The notes under the pieces were generated by a model that was not told the origin of the DNA, did no database searches, and was given only the letters and a program-made list of their open reading frames with translations. Positions 1 to 11,618 of a stretch of 64,000 nucleotides of DNA are shown here, one piece after another. Numbering within the stretch: the first letter of the stretch is position 1; each line of letters starts with the position of its first letter. The stretch is from Felis catus (lineage: Eukaryota). A program made the translations under genes and the position numbers. Location of the stretch: positions 19,966,001-20,030,000 of the forward strand of contig NC_058383.1 of assembly GCF_018350175.1 (NCBI RefSeq). Direction: 5' to 3'.

Positions 1-648
1 CCATCCATCCATCCATCCATCCACCCACCTATCCATCCATCCAACCATCCATCCATCCACCTACCAGTCCATCCATCCACCTATCTACCTACCTATCCAT
101 CCATCCATCCATCCATCCATCCATCCATCCACCCACCTACCAATCCATCCATCCACCTATCTACTTACCTATCCATCCATCCATCCATCCATCCATCCAT
201 CCATCCATCCATCCATCCACCCACCTATCCATCCATCCAACCATCCATCCATCCACCTACCAGTCCATCCATCCACCTATCTACCTACCTATCCATCCAT
301 CCATCCATCCATCCATCCATCCATCCACCCACCTACCAATCCATCCATCCACCTATCTAACTACCCATCCATCCATCCATCCATCCATCCATCCATCCAT
401 CCATCCACCTATCCATCCATCCACCTATCCATCCATCCAACCATCCATCCACCTACCAATCCATCCATCCACCTATCTACCTACCTATCCATCCATCCAA
501 CCAACCATCCATTCACCTATCCATCCATCCATCCATCCCTCCATCCATCCATCCATCCACCCATCCATCATCCATCCATCCATCCACCCACCCATCATCC
601 ATCCATCCATCCATCCATCCATCCTTCCATCCATCCATTCATCATCTA
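1..648. repeat. (CCAT)n-based compound microsatellite with 196-bp higher-order unit
   Basis: CCAT runs with CCAC/CTAC/CTAT variants; the variant block at 21 recurs at 217. Confidence 0.95.
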
Positions 649-667
649 TCTAGAGGAGGAGAAGGGG

Positions 668-790
668 AGAGAGATTTAATGAGGAATTGGATCATGTGTT
701 TATGGAGGCCGAGATGTCCCATGACCTGCCATCTGCAAGCTGGAGACCCAGGAAAGCCGGCAGTGTCATTCAACCCAAGTCAGAAAGCCC
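668..790 (-). mobile_element. ERVL LTR fragment (MLT2-like)
   Basis: gagattt..ggaattgg..tatggaggc..ctgccatctgcaagctggagacccaggaaagcc matches recalled MLT2 reverse complement. Confidence 0.8.
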
Positions 791-1124
791 ATTTTATTTT
801 TATTTATTTTTTTAGCTTGGCTTGAGTTCTCTTTCCTGGTCCATGAAGCCAGAAGCTGTCATGAGGTCTATGCACTCCAACACAGGTTCGCCTCTGTCTT
901 CTCTGTGCTGGAACAGCATGTGGTCCCAGCTCTTAAGGGGAGATATTGGTAGTGGTGAGAAGGCGGTGAGGTGGGAACTTCCAGGGACTGCCTGTTCAAA
1001 CGTTTACAGAGTCCAGGCAGGTGAATTAATGAACTGGAGCCAGGCAGGGCCCTTTGCCATCTAAAGAGGGGCAATATACCTCAGTTCCTGCCCATCGGGG
1101 CCAGGCAGAGGTGCAGGCATGGTC

Positions 1125-1266
1125 TGGACAGATCTGTTAATTTCAAGGAAAGCCAGATTCTGTATGTGAAATTTACCAACCCTTATTTTCCAAGAACACT
1201 GGGTGTACCAATCAGAACGCCTCTGTGGGCCAAATGCGGCCCGTGCTCACCGGCTTTTGAGACCTG
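1125..1266. mobile_element. hAT-Charlie DNA transposon relic (MER103C-like)
   Basis: agatct..tttcaagg..aagccag..tatgtgaaat..gggccaaatgcggcccg..gacctg. Confidence 0.55.
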
Positions 1267-1859
1267 ACGCTTGTGAATGTACCCAGCCCACGTTTGGCAC
1301 GCCACAGTAAGTCTTCAGCACCTTTGGGGTCTGTGTTTCTCTGCCCTATCCAGGAAGGCTCTGTGTTATCAGGAAGGAAAGTAAGATTAAACCCAAGATG
1401 GGTGGAGGTTGTCTTTTTGTTGTCTTAATGGGCTAAGTCTCATCATTAAATTTTCCTGAGCTGATGGCTTTCTGTGGAAGAAATACCAGCCAAGCCCGAA
1501 CACCCTGAAAGCTCCATTAATCTTTCCATAACCCCATTAACACTCACTGCATATTTCCTGTGAAAAGGGTTGGAAATGACCAGAGCCCGCAGCAGGGAAA
1601 TATCTGTCATGCACCCAGCAGCCGGGGAAAGGGCCATGTAGGCACACAACGGGAAGACCATTGGAATGTGCTTCCTTCGGAATTGCTAAGGGAGGGGGGG
1701 CCCAGAGGGAGAGAAAGAATCGCTTGACCCTGGGAATCTTATAACTTGACAATCATTACAATAGAGTCACCTGTACTTTGCCATCTAGAAATATCTATTA
1801 CCTTGAACCTGGGGTTAGATGCCTGCTCCCCAGAGGAACTCTGGAAACAGAGATTTATT

Positions 1860-2040
1860 TGTGCAGCAATAATTGAAGAGTTCATTTGATTCCACAATCA
1901 ATTTCACGCCCTGTCATAAATAATGGAGGTCGTGGAGGCAGCCAAGCGGGGCGGGGGATGTGGCTGGTGCTGGGACAGCCTTCAAATAGCATCAGTGGAG
2001 AGAGGGACAGAGCCTCTGTGACAGCATGTCTGGAGAGAGT
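1860..2040. promoter_or_regulatory. Candidate enhancer (PBX/MEIS/HOX-type motifs)
   Basis: Repeat-free; CAATCAAT 1895-1902, CTGTCATAAA 1911-1920, TAATGG, TGACAG; motif inference only. Confidence 0.35.
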
Positions 2041-2063
2041 TTGAGTGGCAGCGTGTGCGCGCT

Positions 2064-2066
<3 letters not shown>

Positions 2067-2094
<28 letters not shown>
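2067..2094. repeat. (GT)n microsatellite
   Basis: Direct. Confidence 0.95.
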
Positions 2095-2095
<1 letters not shown>

Positions 2096-2595
2096 GTGTT
2101 TTGACAGAACCTTTTTTTCCTCCCCCCCCTTCCTTAAGGGGAAAGACGTTCAGACATTGCATTTTTAAGTGCTTGGGAGCAGCAAGATCACACCCGTGGA
2201 CTCAACGCACCAGCAGTGCCCGAGAGAGTGTGCTGTCAGAGCAACTTCTCAGTCCCCTTAGGCACCTGGCTGCTTCTTAGGGAAGCCCTGTTGGTGGCGG
2301 AATTAATATGTGGATGGCTGTAATTGGCAGACTTTCAGGGATGCTCCAGGTTAGGTGCCTTGAGGCAGTGTGGGGAATGGCTGTTTGAAGTCTGAATTGT
2401 ATGAGAATAAGGAAGACAGGGTGGAAAAAAAAAAAAAAGAGTCTTGGCTGCTTTACAGAGATTTCCATTTCTAATGAAATGAGATGTGGAAATTTTAAAA
2501 CTTTACATCCTTGGAAGATATTGCCTTAAGTATACCTCCCAGCCTGGTCCTCTTCTCCTGGCTTACGGGGCTGCTGACTCTCCATCATCTTTCAG

Positions 2596-2944
2596 CCCCA
2601 GGACCTTTGCACGAGCTGTTTCTTCTGTCTCACTCATCTTCCCTCTCCTCACCTGGCTAAGTCTTACTTGATCTTATGGTTCCAGCTTCACTGTAGTTTC
2701 CTCGAGGAGATCTTTTAGACCAAACTGTATGTTCTTTTAGCAGCTCGTACCATTCTATCTTGAGACTGGGCACAGTTGAAATGAAACAACCATGTGCATA
2801 ATGGTTTGCTAAATATCCACTTTCCTCTCTAACCTGAGCAATTCTTGGGAAGCAGACTCATTCAATTTTGTGTCCCCAGCCCTTGGCACAACAGCGGGCA
2901 TACAGGAGGCACTTAAGCCATCTTGTTGGTTGAATGAATGAATA
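2596..2944 (+). mobile_element. L2 LINE 3' end
   Basis: ggacctttgcac..tgtgtccccagc..ggcact..ttgttggttgaatgaatgaat terminus. Confidence 0.75.
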
Positions 2945-3070
2945 TTTGCCAAGGGAAGTGGGAGGATGTGCTGTAGCTGTAATGTGCTCCTGTGTATTCT
3001 TGTAGCCTGGTGGTCAGGAGAAGGAGGCAGTAGGAATAGTGGGGTTTATTTAGGACAAGTGAATATGCTT

Positions 3071-3290
3071 TTTAAAAAAATATTTATTTATTTTTACTTT
3101 GAGAGAGAGAGAGATACAGAGAGCATATAACCAGGGGAGGGGCAGTGAGAAATGGAGAGAGAGAATCCCAGACAGGCTCTGCACAATCAGTGCAGAGCCT
3201 AACGTGGGACTCGATCTCATGAACCATAAGATTGTGACCTGAGCCGAAATCAAGAGTCAGACACTCAAATGACTGAGCCACCAGGCACCC
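3071..3290 (-). mobile_element. Can-SINE (older felid/carnivore subfamily)
   Basis: Reverse A-tail, (AG)n, tRNA-derived head; TSD gaatatgctt/gaatctgctt. Confidence 0.9.
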
Positions 3291-3914
3291 TACGAATCTG
3301 CTTTCGATTGGCTTCTAGGGTGGTGGCCACCACTCAGGAACTAATGTCCAAAAGTCCCTTGGGCTGGGCGTTGGGGTAAATCCAGAAAGTGGTCTCCAAG
3401 TGAGCTGGGGGCACCGTTATTCTAGGTGATTTGTCCATTCCAGGCAGACAGATACTCAGGCGTGGGAGATCAGAGTAAGCCACTGTGAGATGGGGGTGGC
3501 CGGAAGGTGCACCAGAAACTCCTGGCTTGATTCCAGAGGTGGGCTTAACACCATAGATATGGGGAGGAGTGTGCAGGGATCAATCAGAAAAGCTTGAGGT
3601 TCTGGGAGCTCATGGGTATATCCGGAAGCTTTGGACTTTTAAATTACCTGAGTCGGTAACTCCTCTTTTTTGGCAAGGGTCCTGTCTGAAGATCAGCGCG
3701 GATATTTCCCCAGTTTTGTCCACTCCCCCTCCCACCTGACTCACAAGGGCTAATAACAATCTATTTTGAACCCTGCTAATGGCTCTATCAACCAAACACA
3801 GTTCATGGAGTCACAACGCCGGATGCCAGAGCCCTTGTTGTCTGGTCTCCCTTCCTAGCTTAACAAATGGGGGTATTGAGGCACTTACAGAGACGTTTGT
3901 CTTACTAACTGATG

Positions 3915-4430
3915 CCTTTATCAAACATTTACCACGCGTGTATTTGGGGCCAGGCCCCAAGCCGGACACTGGGTGTGCGAGAATGAAAATAATATTATTT
4001 CTGCACTCAAGGACTTTAGAGGGATAGAGACGGCTAGGTCAACAGGTGCAACAGACTGTGGCGTATGATACGACAGTGACATCAGTGTTGTAGGAAGAGC
4101 GGGGACAGGCTCCCTAATTCATCCTGCATCCTGGGTTGGTCTCATGTTTGAGCTGAATTTTCAGAAGAGGGTGGGAAGTCTCAGGGTGGCCTCAGTGTGT
4201 GTGTAAAGGTGTTGCAAGCAAAGGGAAAAACAGGAGAAAGCATGGAGGGGGGAGAGGGCATGATGCAGACCTCTGGGGAATGGAAGTCCTTTAGTATATC
4301 TGGCAGGTATGTTTGCCGTTGGGGGTGGTGAGGTATGAGGCTGGGAGAGGATAGAAACCAGACCATTGAGGGACTTTGATGATGGCTAAGAGGTGTGATT
4401 TTCCAGGGCAATGGGGAGCCGTAAGATCCA
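3915..4430 (-). mobile_element. L2 LINE fragment
   Basis: tcaaacatttac..ccaggc..ctgcactcaagga..ggcaatggggagcc. Confidence 0.55.
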
Positions 4431-5309
4431 GTCATGCAGCACGTGTGACCCTCAATCCACAAATTCACACGTGCGTGAGATCGAACTTCTTTTTTGTGTA
4501 ACTCAACCTAATTTCTGAATGTGAGCCCTCCCATTTGAACATCAATCCCGACCAAGAAAGGGAGGCCCCCTCAAGAAGGTCCAGATATGATCTCATCCAT
4601 GTTCCGGGGTCTTATATGGTGTCAAGGGACTTGGGGAAGCCCAGGAATCTTTCAGCAGCCTGTCCACTGCTTGATCAGTCATGTGGATGATGGATGATGA
4701 AGCATTCACCATCTCTGCCTGAGTGACCCCTTGGGGTCTGGTGGCTCTCGGTGGCCAAGCGAGGCATGGGAATCTTTTGTAAATTGTGATTCTGATTTCC
4801 CCCTGATATACCATGCAGGCCTTCCTTACTTGGATTTTGCCGTCTGTTAGCATTGTCAGGAAGTAGGCTTCAGGTCATACGATCTCCAGGACCTACCAAT
4901 CTCTGCTTTTATTACTTTTTTTTTTTTTTTTTCAATCTGGGAGAAATCCCGATCCATCATATTCCTCCCTTTGACCTTGCCAGTGAACCCGCTTTTCTGG
5001 AGGGCTCGGGCTTCATGGAACACAGAAGACCGAGGTTACAGGGAAGCTTTGGTTTTGTTCCCACCACTCCCTGCTCGAAAGCAGGTGGGGTGGGGGTGGG
5101 GGGAAGAGGGGGGAGATATAAACAGCCCAAATGATGAATGTCTCCAGATATCTTTTTCCCAGAGACAGTCGTATTCGGATATCAAGTAGTCAGTGTGGAG
5201 AGTGTGCTGGTGGAGAAGAATTGAGGGTTAGGGAGGCCACTGAAATCTACACAGGGGACCCAGGAAAGAGGCTTTTACTGTGGCCATGGGCAACTGCTGG
5301 AGACGAGGC

Positions 5310-5375
5310 ACTGCTTCCTGAACCTTCACTTACATCATGTCCTTAAATCCCTACAGCAACCTTACGAGACTGCTG
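5310..5375 (-). mobile_element. MIR, left part (continues at ~6650-6780)
   Basis: ttaaatccctacagcaaccttacgag matches MIR core. Confidence 0.5.
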
Positions 5376-5447
5376 TTTGTTTGTTTAATGGTCAGTTCCT
5401 TAGTCATATTTTGAGGGTTAGGACTCTAAAAAAAATTATTTTTGTAA

Positions 5448-5660
5448 ATTTTTTTTAACATTTATTTATTTTTGAGACAGAGAGAGACAGAGCATGAGCA
5501 GGGGAGGGGCAGAGAGAGGAGGGAGACACAGAATCGGAAGCAGGCTCCAGGCTCTGAGCCATCAGCCCAGAGCCCGACGCGGGGCTCGAACTCACGGACC
5601 ACGAGATCGTGACCTGAGCTGAAGTCGGACGCTTAACCGACCGAGCCACCCAAGCGCCCC
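5448..5660 (-). mobile_element. SINEC_Fc
   Basis: Full-length feline SINE consensus. Confidence 0.95.
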
Positions 5661-5836
5661 CAAAAGATTTATTTTTGAAGTGTAGTTGACATACGATGTT
5701 ATATTAGTTTCAGGTGGACAACATAGTGATTCAACAATACGATGCGTTACACAGCGCTCTCGCCATGCTAAGTGTTGTCACTCTCTGTCACGATAGTGTT
5801 ATGACAATATTATCGACTGTATTCCCTATGCTATGC
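5661..5836 (-). mobile_element. L1 (carnivore-type) 3' terminus, non-inverted part
   Basis: gtagttgacatac..tatattagtttcaggtg..tattccctatgct. Confidence 0.85.
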
Positions 5837-6485
5837 AGCTCGAGTGTCCATCAATAGATAAATGGATCGAGAGGTGTGGTGTATCGATCTATATCTTTTT
5901 TTAAGTTTCTTTATTTGTTTTGAGAGAGAGAGAGGGCATGTGCTTAAGCAAGTAAGGAAGGGGCAGAGAGAGAGAGAGGGAGAGAGAGAATCCCAAGCAG
6001 AATCCGCACTGCCAGCACAGAGCCCAGTGTGGGGCTCGAATTCACGAGCTGTGCAACCATGACCCAGGCAAACCAAGAGTCGGACACTCAACCAAATGAG
6101 CCACCCAAGTGTCCCTCTATATCTATATCTTATGTGTTGAAGGATAGATAGACAGAGATATAAATATATAATGGAATATATATAGACATGCAATGGAATA
6201 TTACGCAGCCATGTAAAAGGATGAAATCTTGCCATTTGCTACAGCACGAATGGACTTACAAAATATTATGCTGAGTGAAATAAGTCAGACAGAGCAAGAC
6301 AAACACCTTTTGATTCCACTTTGATGTGGAATTTAAGAAACAAAGCAAAGGGAAAAAGAGACAAATAAAGAGATTCTTAAGGACAGAGAACAAACTGGTG
6401 GTTGCCAGAGAGGGCAGTGGGTGGGAGGATGGGTAAGACAGATGAAGGGGGTGAAGGGGAATGAACTGCCATTTATAAAATAAAC
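5837..6485 (+). mobile_element. L1 ORF2 end/3'UTR, inverted part of the same insertion
   Basis: gtgtccatcaatagataaatggat..gaaatcttgccatttgc..gagaacaaactggtggttgccaga. Confidence 0.85.
5896..6115 (-). mobile_element. Can-SINE (older) nested in L1
   Basis: SINE consensus; TSD tctatatct. Confidence 0.9.
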
Positions 6486-6505
6486 CAGGCTGGTATTTTC
6501 AATCT

Positions 6506-6636
6506 TTTTTTAAAATGTATTTAACGTTTATTTATTTTGAGGGAGAGAGAGAGACAGAGCATGGGGGGGGGAGGGGCAGAGAGGGAGGGAGACACAGAGT
6601 CCCTGGCAGCCTCCAGGCTCTGAGCTGTCAGCACAG
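6506..6636 (-). mobile_element. 5'-truncated SINEC_Fc
   Basis: Tail half only; imperfect TSD aggctggtattttcaatct/aggctgagattttaaatct. Confidence 0.85.
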
Positions 6637-6649
6637 GAGGCTGAGATTT

Positions 6650-6780
6650 TAAATCTCCATTTCACGGGCTGTGTGAGCCGAGATGCGTCCGGGGGCCGGG
6701 TCACTTGATGGGCATCGCCAGCTGGTAGGCGTCGGGGTCAGGCTTCAAACACGGTCTTGGGGAATGACATGCCTTTTATC
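6650..6780 (-). mobile_element. MIR, right part
   Basis: ctccatttcac..gtcacttg..cagctggtag..ttcaaacac..gtct. Confidence 0.5.
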
Positions 6781-7239
6781 GCCCCCCGGGGTGACCCAAG
6801 CTCCGGTTTCTCCCTGGTAGGGCAGAGAGACTGCGCAGCTGGTGGGGAGGAGGGACGGAGCTCAGGTCGGTGCTTCTGAATGCTGGTATGCCGGCAAATG
6901 AGGTGTTTTCTCGTCTTTATTGACTGAAGTTAAGGTCAGAAGTCTACATCCTGTTTCCCTTCCCAAAGCTGTTCAACAGGTGCATCCAAATCTATTCACA
7001 TGTCCCAAGAACCGGTTGGTGCCAATGTGTGCCACCAACAGAGGCAGGAGACAGACAGGTGGTCTCTGAGGGGAGGTGGCTGTGTATTCTCCCTCCAAGG
7101 GGACGTTGGGGGTGACTTTGAACAAGTTATCCCCCCTCCTTGGGTTTTCTGTTTCTGAGCAGTAGCCTGGTCTGGCCTCAGCAGAGAAGCCAGAGGGGTT
7201 CTGGCTACACCGGAGCCAGATCTCACCCGTCCCTTTCCC

Positions 7240-7650
7240 AGAACCCTCCGCGGCTCCCCCTCTCACTCAGGGTAGAAGCTAAGTCCTTACATTAGCCTGC
7301 GTGGTCCTGCCCATTGAGCCCCGTCCCCTCCTGCCTCTCACTCACTCGTTCTGGCCACGCCAGACTCCCCGCTCTTCTTCAAGCGGGCCCTCAGACTCTC
7401 CCCCGTCTGGCATTGTCCTCGCTGTCTCCTCCCCAGACGCTTTCCCTGCGTGTGGCCCCCTGGCTTGCTTCTGCCCTACTATCAGGTATCCATCAAATAC
7501 TTGCAGGGAAGCCGTCCATGACCACGTGTCTGACATTGGAAATCCTCCCTCAGCCTGAGCTTGAACAGGTCTCTCGTCCACACAGGTCCTCCATTTCTGT
7601 GGCACGGTCTAGTGTCACCCAGTGCTCAGGAAATAGTGAGTGCTCGTAAA
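7240..7650 (+). mobile_element. L2 LINE fragment
   Basis: ggctcccc..ctcagggtagaagctaagtcctta..cctggcttgcttc..gtgctcgtaaa. Confidence 0.6.
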
Positions 7651-8616
7651 CGGTGGCTATCGCCAGCAGGTCCTCGCTCCGCAAAGAGGAAGGGAGACTC
7701 CCTCTTCCCCGTCAGCAGGTGAGACTGAGCCAAAGCCGGGATGGCTCCCAGCTGTCTTCCTCGCCAGCTGGGATCTTCCTAGTGAACGTCCATCCTGGGA
7801 ACTGACAAGAGACCGTGGTGAGGGGAAGCCGGGCCCAGAAGAGAAGGGACTCATCTTGAGCCGGGTGGAAGCCGTGTCCTTGGTTCAGGTGAGTCCAGCA
7901 TCCCTGACCGTTGTCTCTCTTCTCCTGGAGCTGTGCCCACTGGACTTGGCCACGGCACATACCCTGCCTCCTTCCCGCACATTCCCTGGCAGCCCCAGTC
8001 TCGGGCAGAAGCATCTTCGGGAGCGGGAAACATCGATTGCCCTAGTGATTAGTTGACCTAAAATGCAACAGCCTCTGGAATATTTGCATCTGCCCGTGTT
8101 TCCTGTTTGTTCATCATTTTTCAACATGATGAGGATATTTTAAACCAATATATTGGAGTGCCTCTCTTATCCGCCGAGTATCAGTTTTTCTATATTTTTA
8201 TGAAAGGTCGGATTCTTCTGAATCCTTGTGGGTGCCTTTCCTCCTTCCTATTTTATCTGCTTTTGAATACCTTTATTTGTCTTTCTAGAAAGGCTGCGTG
8301 AATGCAAAAGCACTCTAAGGGGGCTAGATTTTTTAAATTGTGGTCAAATACACAGAACATAAATTTCACCATTTTAGCCATTTTGAAGCGTACATTTTGC
8401 GGCATGAAGTACATTCACAGTGTTGTGCGACCATTCTCACCATCCATCTCCAGAACTTTGTCATCGTCCCCAACTGACACTCTGTCCCCATTAAACATTA
8501 ATGCCCCTTCCCCTCCTTCCTCTAGCCCCTGGAAGCCACCACTCTACCTTCTGTCTCCATGAATTTCATTATTCTAGGAACATACAACATTTGTCCTTTT
8601 GTGACTACCTTATTTC

Positions 8617-8831
8617 TTTTTTTTTTTTTAGCTTTATTTATTTAAAGAGAGAGACAGAAAGGGAGAGAGGAGAGCACAAGTGGGGGAGGAGCAGAGAGAA
8701 GGAGAGACAGAATCCCACGCAGGCTCCCCTCTGACAGCAGAGAGCCCGATGCGGGGCTCAAACTCAGGAACTTCAAGATCATGACCTGAACCGAAGTCGG
8801 TCACTCAAGTGACTGAGCCACCCAGGCGTCC
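8617..8831 (-). mobile_element. SINEC_Fc without TSD
   Basis: SINE consensus; flanks not duplicated. Confidence 0.9.
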
Positions 8832-8930
8832 TGTATCTGTTCATATTCTTGCTTTCAATTCTCTGGGTACATGTCCGGAAATGGAAAGTTCTAGGTTCAT
8901 TCTTTTTTTGAGGCTCACTCTACCATTTTC

Positions 8931-9156
8931 TTTTTTTTTTTGATTTTTTTTTTTACGTTTATTTATTTCTGAGACAGAGAGAGACAGAGCATTAGTGGGG
9001 GAAGGGCAGAGAGAGAGGGAGACACAGAATCAGAAGCAGGCTCCAGGCTCTGAGCTGTCAGCACAGAGCCCGACGCGGGGCTCGAACTCACAAACCGTGA
9101 GATCATGACCTGAGCCGAAGTCAGTCGCTCAACCGACTGAACCACCCAGGCGCCCC
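8931..9156 (-). mobile_element. SINEC_Fc
   Basis: TSD tctaccattttc. Confidence 0.95.
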
Positions 9157-9750
9157 TCTACCATTTTCCACAGTGGGAACACCACTTACATTCCCGCCAA
9201 TGATGCATGAGGGTTTCAGTTGCCCCATATCCTCACTAACTCTTGTTACTTTCTGATTCTTTGATAGTAGCCATGCTAGTGAGTGTGAGAGGATACCTCA
9301 TGGCAGTTTTTATTTACATTTTCCTAACAATTATTGATGTTGGGTGCCTTTTCTTGTGCTTATTAACTGTTTGTGTATCTTATTTGGAGGATGTGTATTT
9401 CAAGCCCTTTGCCCATTTTGTGATTGGGTTGTTTATTTCTTTATTTTTGTTATTGTTGTTGAGTTGTACTTCTTTATATATTCTGGAAGTAAACCCCTTC
9501 TCCAATATATAATGTGCATATCTTTTCTGCCATCAATGGGTTGTGTTTTCATTCACGGTAGTGTCCCTTGATGCACAAAAATTTTAAATTCTGATAAAGT
9601 GCAATTTGCCTTCTCTTTTGCTGCCTGTGCTTTTGGTGGTCACATCCAAGAAGTCATTGCCAATTTAATGTCATGAAGATTTCCCCCATATGTTTTCTTC
9701 TAAGAGTTTTGTGATTTCAGCTCTTATATTTAGGTTTTGGTCCATTTTTA

Positions 9751-9965
9751 TTATGTTTTTAAAGTTTATTTATTTATTTATTTTGAGAGAGAGTGTGTGA
9801 GCAAGCAGAAGAAGGACAGAGAGACGGGGAGAGAGAGGATCCCAACCATGCTCTGCACTGTCAGTGCAGAGCCTGATGCAGGGCTCAAACTCATGGACCA
9901 TGAGATCATGACCTGAGCTGAAAACAAGAGTCAGACACTCAACTGACTGAGCCACCAAGGCGCCC
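9751..9965 (-). mobile_element. Can-SINE (older)
   Basis: TSD ttggtccattttta/ttggttcattttta. Confidence 0.9.
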
Positions 9966-10537
9966 GTTGGTTCATTTTTAGTAACTTTTGCATATGGTGG
10001 AAATAAGGGTCAAACTTCTTTTTTTTTTATATATGGATACTCAGTTTTTCCTATGCCATTTATTGAAAAGATTGTCTTTTACCCCCTTAAATGGTCGTGG
10101 CACAATTGTTGAAACCATTTGGCCATGTACGTGAAGGTTTATTTCTGGGCTTTCTATTCTAATCCATTGGTCTATATGTTTGTTGTTATGCTAATACCAC
10201 AGTGTTTTATTACTGTGGCTTTGCAGTGAGTTTGAAATCGGGGAGAATGAGACTTCCAACTGTGTTCTTACTTTTCAAGATGGTTTTGGCTATTTGGGAT
10301 CTCTTGCAAGTCCATATGAACCTGAGGATGGGTTTTTCTGTACCTGCAAAAAATGTTGGGATTTTGACGAGGATTGCATTGAGTCTGTAGATTACTGTGA
10401 ATATTATTGACATCTTCATAATATTAAGGCTTCCAATCCATGAACATGGGATGTCCTTATTTGTGTCTTCTTCAGTTATCTTCAGCATTTTGTAGTTTTC
10501 AAAACTTTTGCCTCCTTGGTTAAGTTTATTCCTATTA

Positions 10538-11618
10538 TTTTTTTGAAAAGAGAAATAATGTTCCAATCTATTAAAATAGCAAAAGTGTAATTTGACTGTC
10601 TCAGGGATGGAGGCAATATAAAAATACTTTATGGAGTCATATAAAATTTTCATATCTTATACCAAATAATGCCATTAGCTACAACTATTACCTAAGAAAG
10701 TAACTGAAAAATATAAACTAAGTCCAAGTATTGTTATAAGGATGTTAGTAACTTTGCTATCAGTAACAACACAAAATGAGAAATTAAGGATGCATCAGAT
10801 GGCTGAAATTGAGGAATTCTTATACAAGTGTGTGTGTAGGTATAAAATAAAATTGTGTCATGTTGCCATTAAAAATTTAAAAATATACAGATTTCATATA
10901 ATAATCATATGATATTCTGAGCCATAGAAGTATAAAATAAAATGGTTAGTGTGTAAAAAGGAAGACAGTAAATTTCAGAAAGGGGTTTAACACTTGTAAA
11001 TGAAAAGTGTGACTGATTTTTTTTTTTTTACTTATAGATTGAAATGATGCTTGAAAAATAAATTAAAGGAAGTGGCATGTGCATGCATGATAAGGCTTGG
11101 TGAGATGTTGTCAAGCGTCATTTCCACTTAGATTTGCTTGGATCACATCTGAGGCTTATGGATTTAGAGTGTTGGACTGAATAGCCAGCTTGCTACTATG
11201 AAAAATTCGTGGTCTCGGGCAAGATTTCAATCACTGCCACCTCTCTAAAGGTGAAAAATGAAAATCCCACCTTTTATTCACACAAATGCACCAAATGGTA
11301 ATATCTGTAACGTTGAAGCCTAAAATGATATAATTTTTTTAATGTTTATTTATTTTTGAGAGACAGAGTGCAAGTGGGGGGGGGGGGGCGGAAAGAGAGA
11401 GGGAGACACAGAATCCGAAGCAGGTTCCAGGCTCTGAGCTGCCAGCACAGAGTCTGATGCAGGGCTCGAACCCCATGAACTGTGAGATCATGACCTGAGC
11501 TGAAGTCAGAGGCTTAACCGACTGAGCCACCCAGGGGCTGCAATGCCTAAAATGATTTAAAGGAAAAGAAAAACAAAGCTTACCTTTGGTGAGTTCTAAA
11601 ACTTTTAATTTGGTCTAC
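10538..11618 (-). other. Foreign AT-rich insert splitting L1 ORF2 (possible retrocopied/transduced segment)
   Basis: L1 consensus stops at ttaagtttattccta and resumes at tcctgttttatcctttt..ttttcttaatttcc; T-run at left edge. Confidence 0.6.
11331..11540 (-). mobile_element. SINEC_Fc
   Basis: TSD gcctaaaatgat. Confidence 0.95.

Larger units (their letters stand above)
8328..10537 (-). mobile_element. L1MB-like LINE, 3'UTR and ORF2 (interrupted)
   Basis: Typical L1MB 3' end; ORF 10210-10653 contains [26 protein letters not shown], homologous to L1 ORF2p. Confidence 0.9.

Noticed and set aside
5085..5125. G-quadruplex-like G-runs followed by TATAAA
   Set aside because: No CpG island or downstream exon evidence; common by chance in this composition
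8126..8221. Possible C/D snoRNA (ATGATGA..CTGA)
   Set aside because: No terminal stem and no recognisable guide; such short boxes occur by chance (also at 5131 and 22509)
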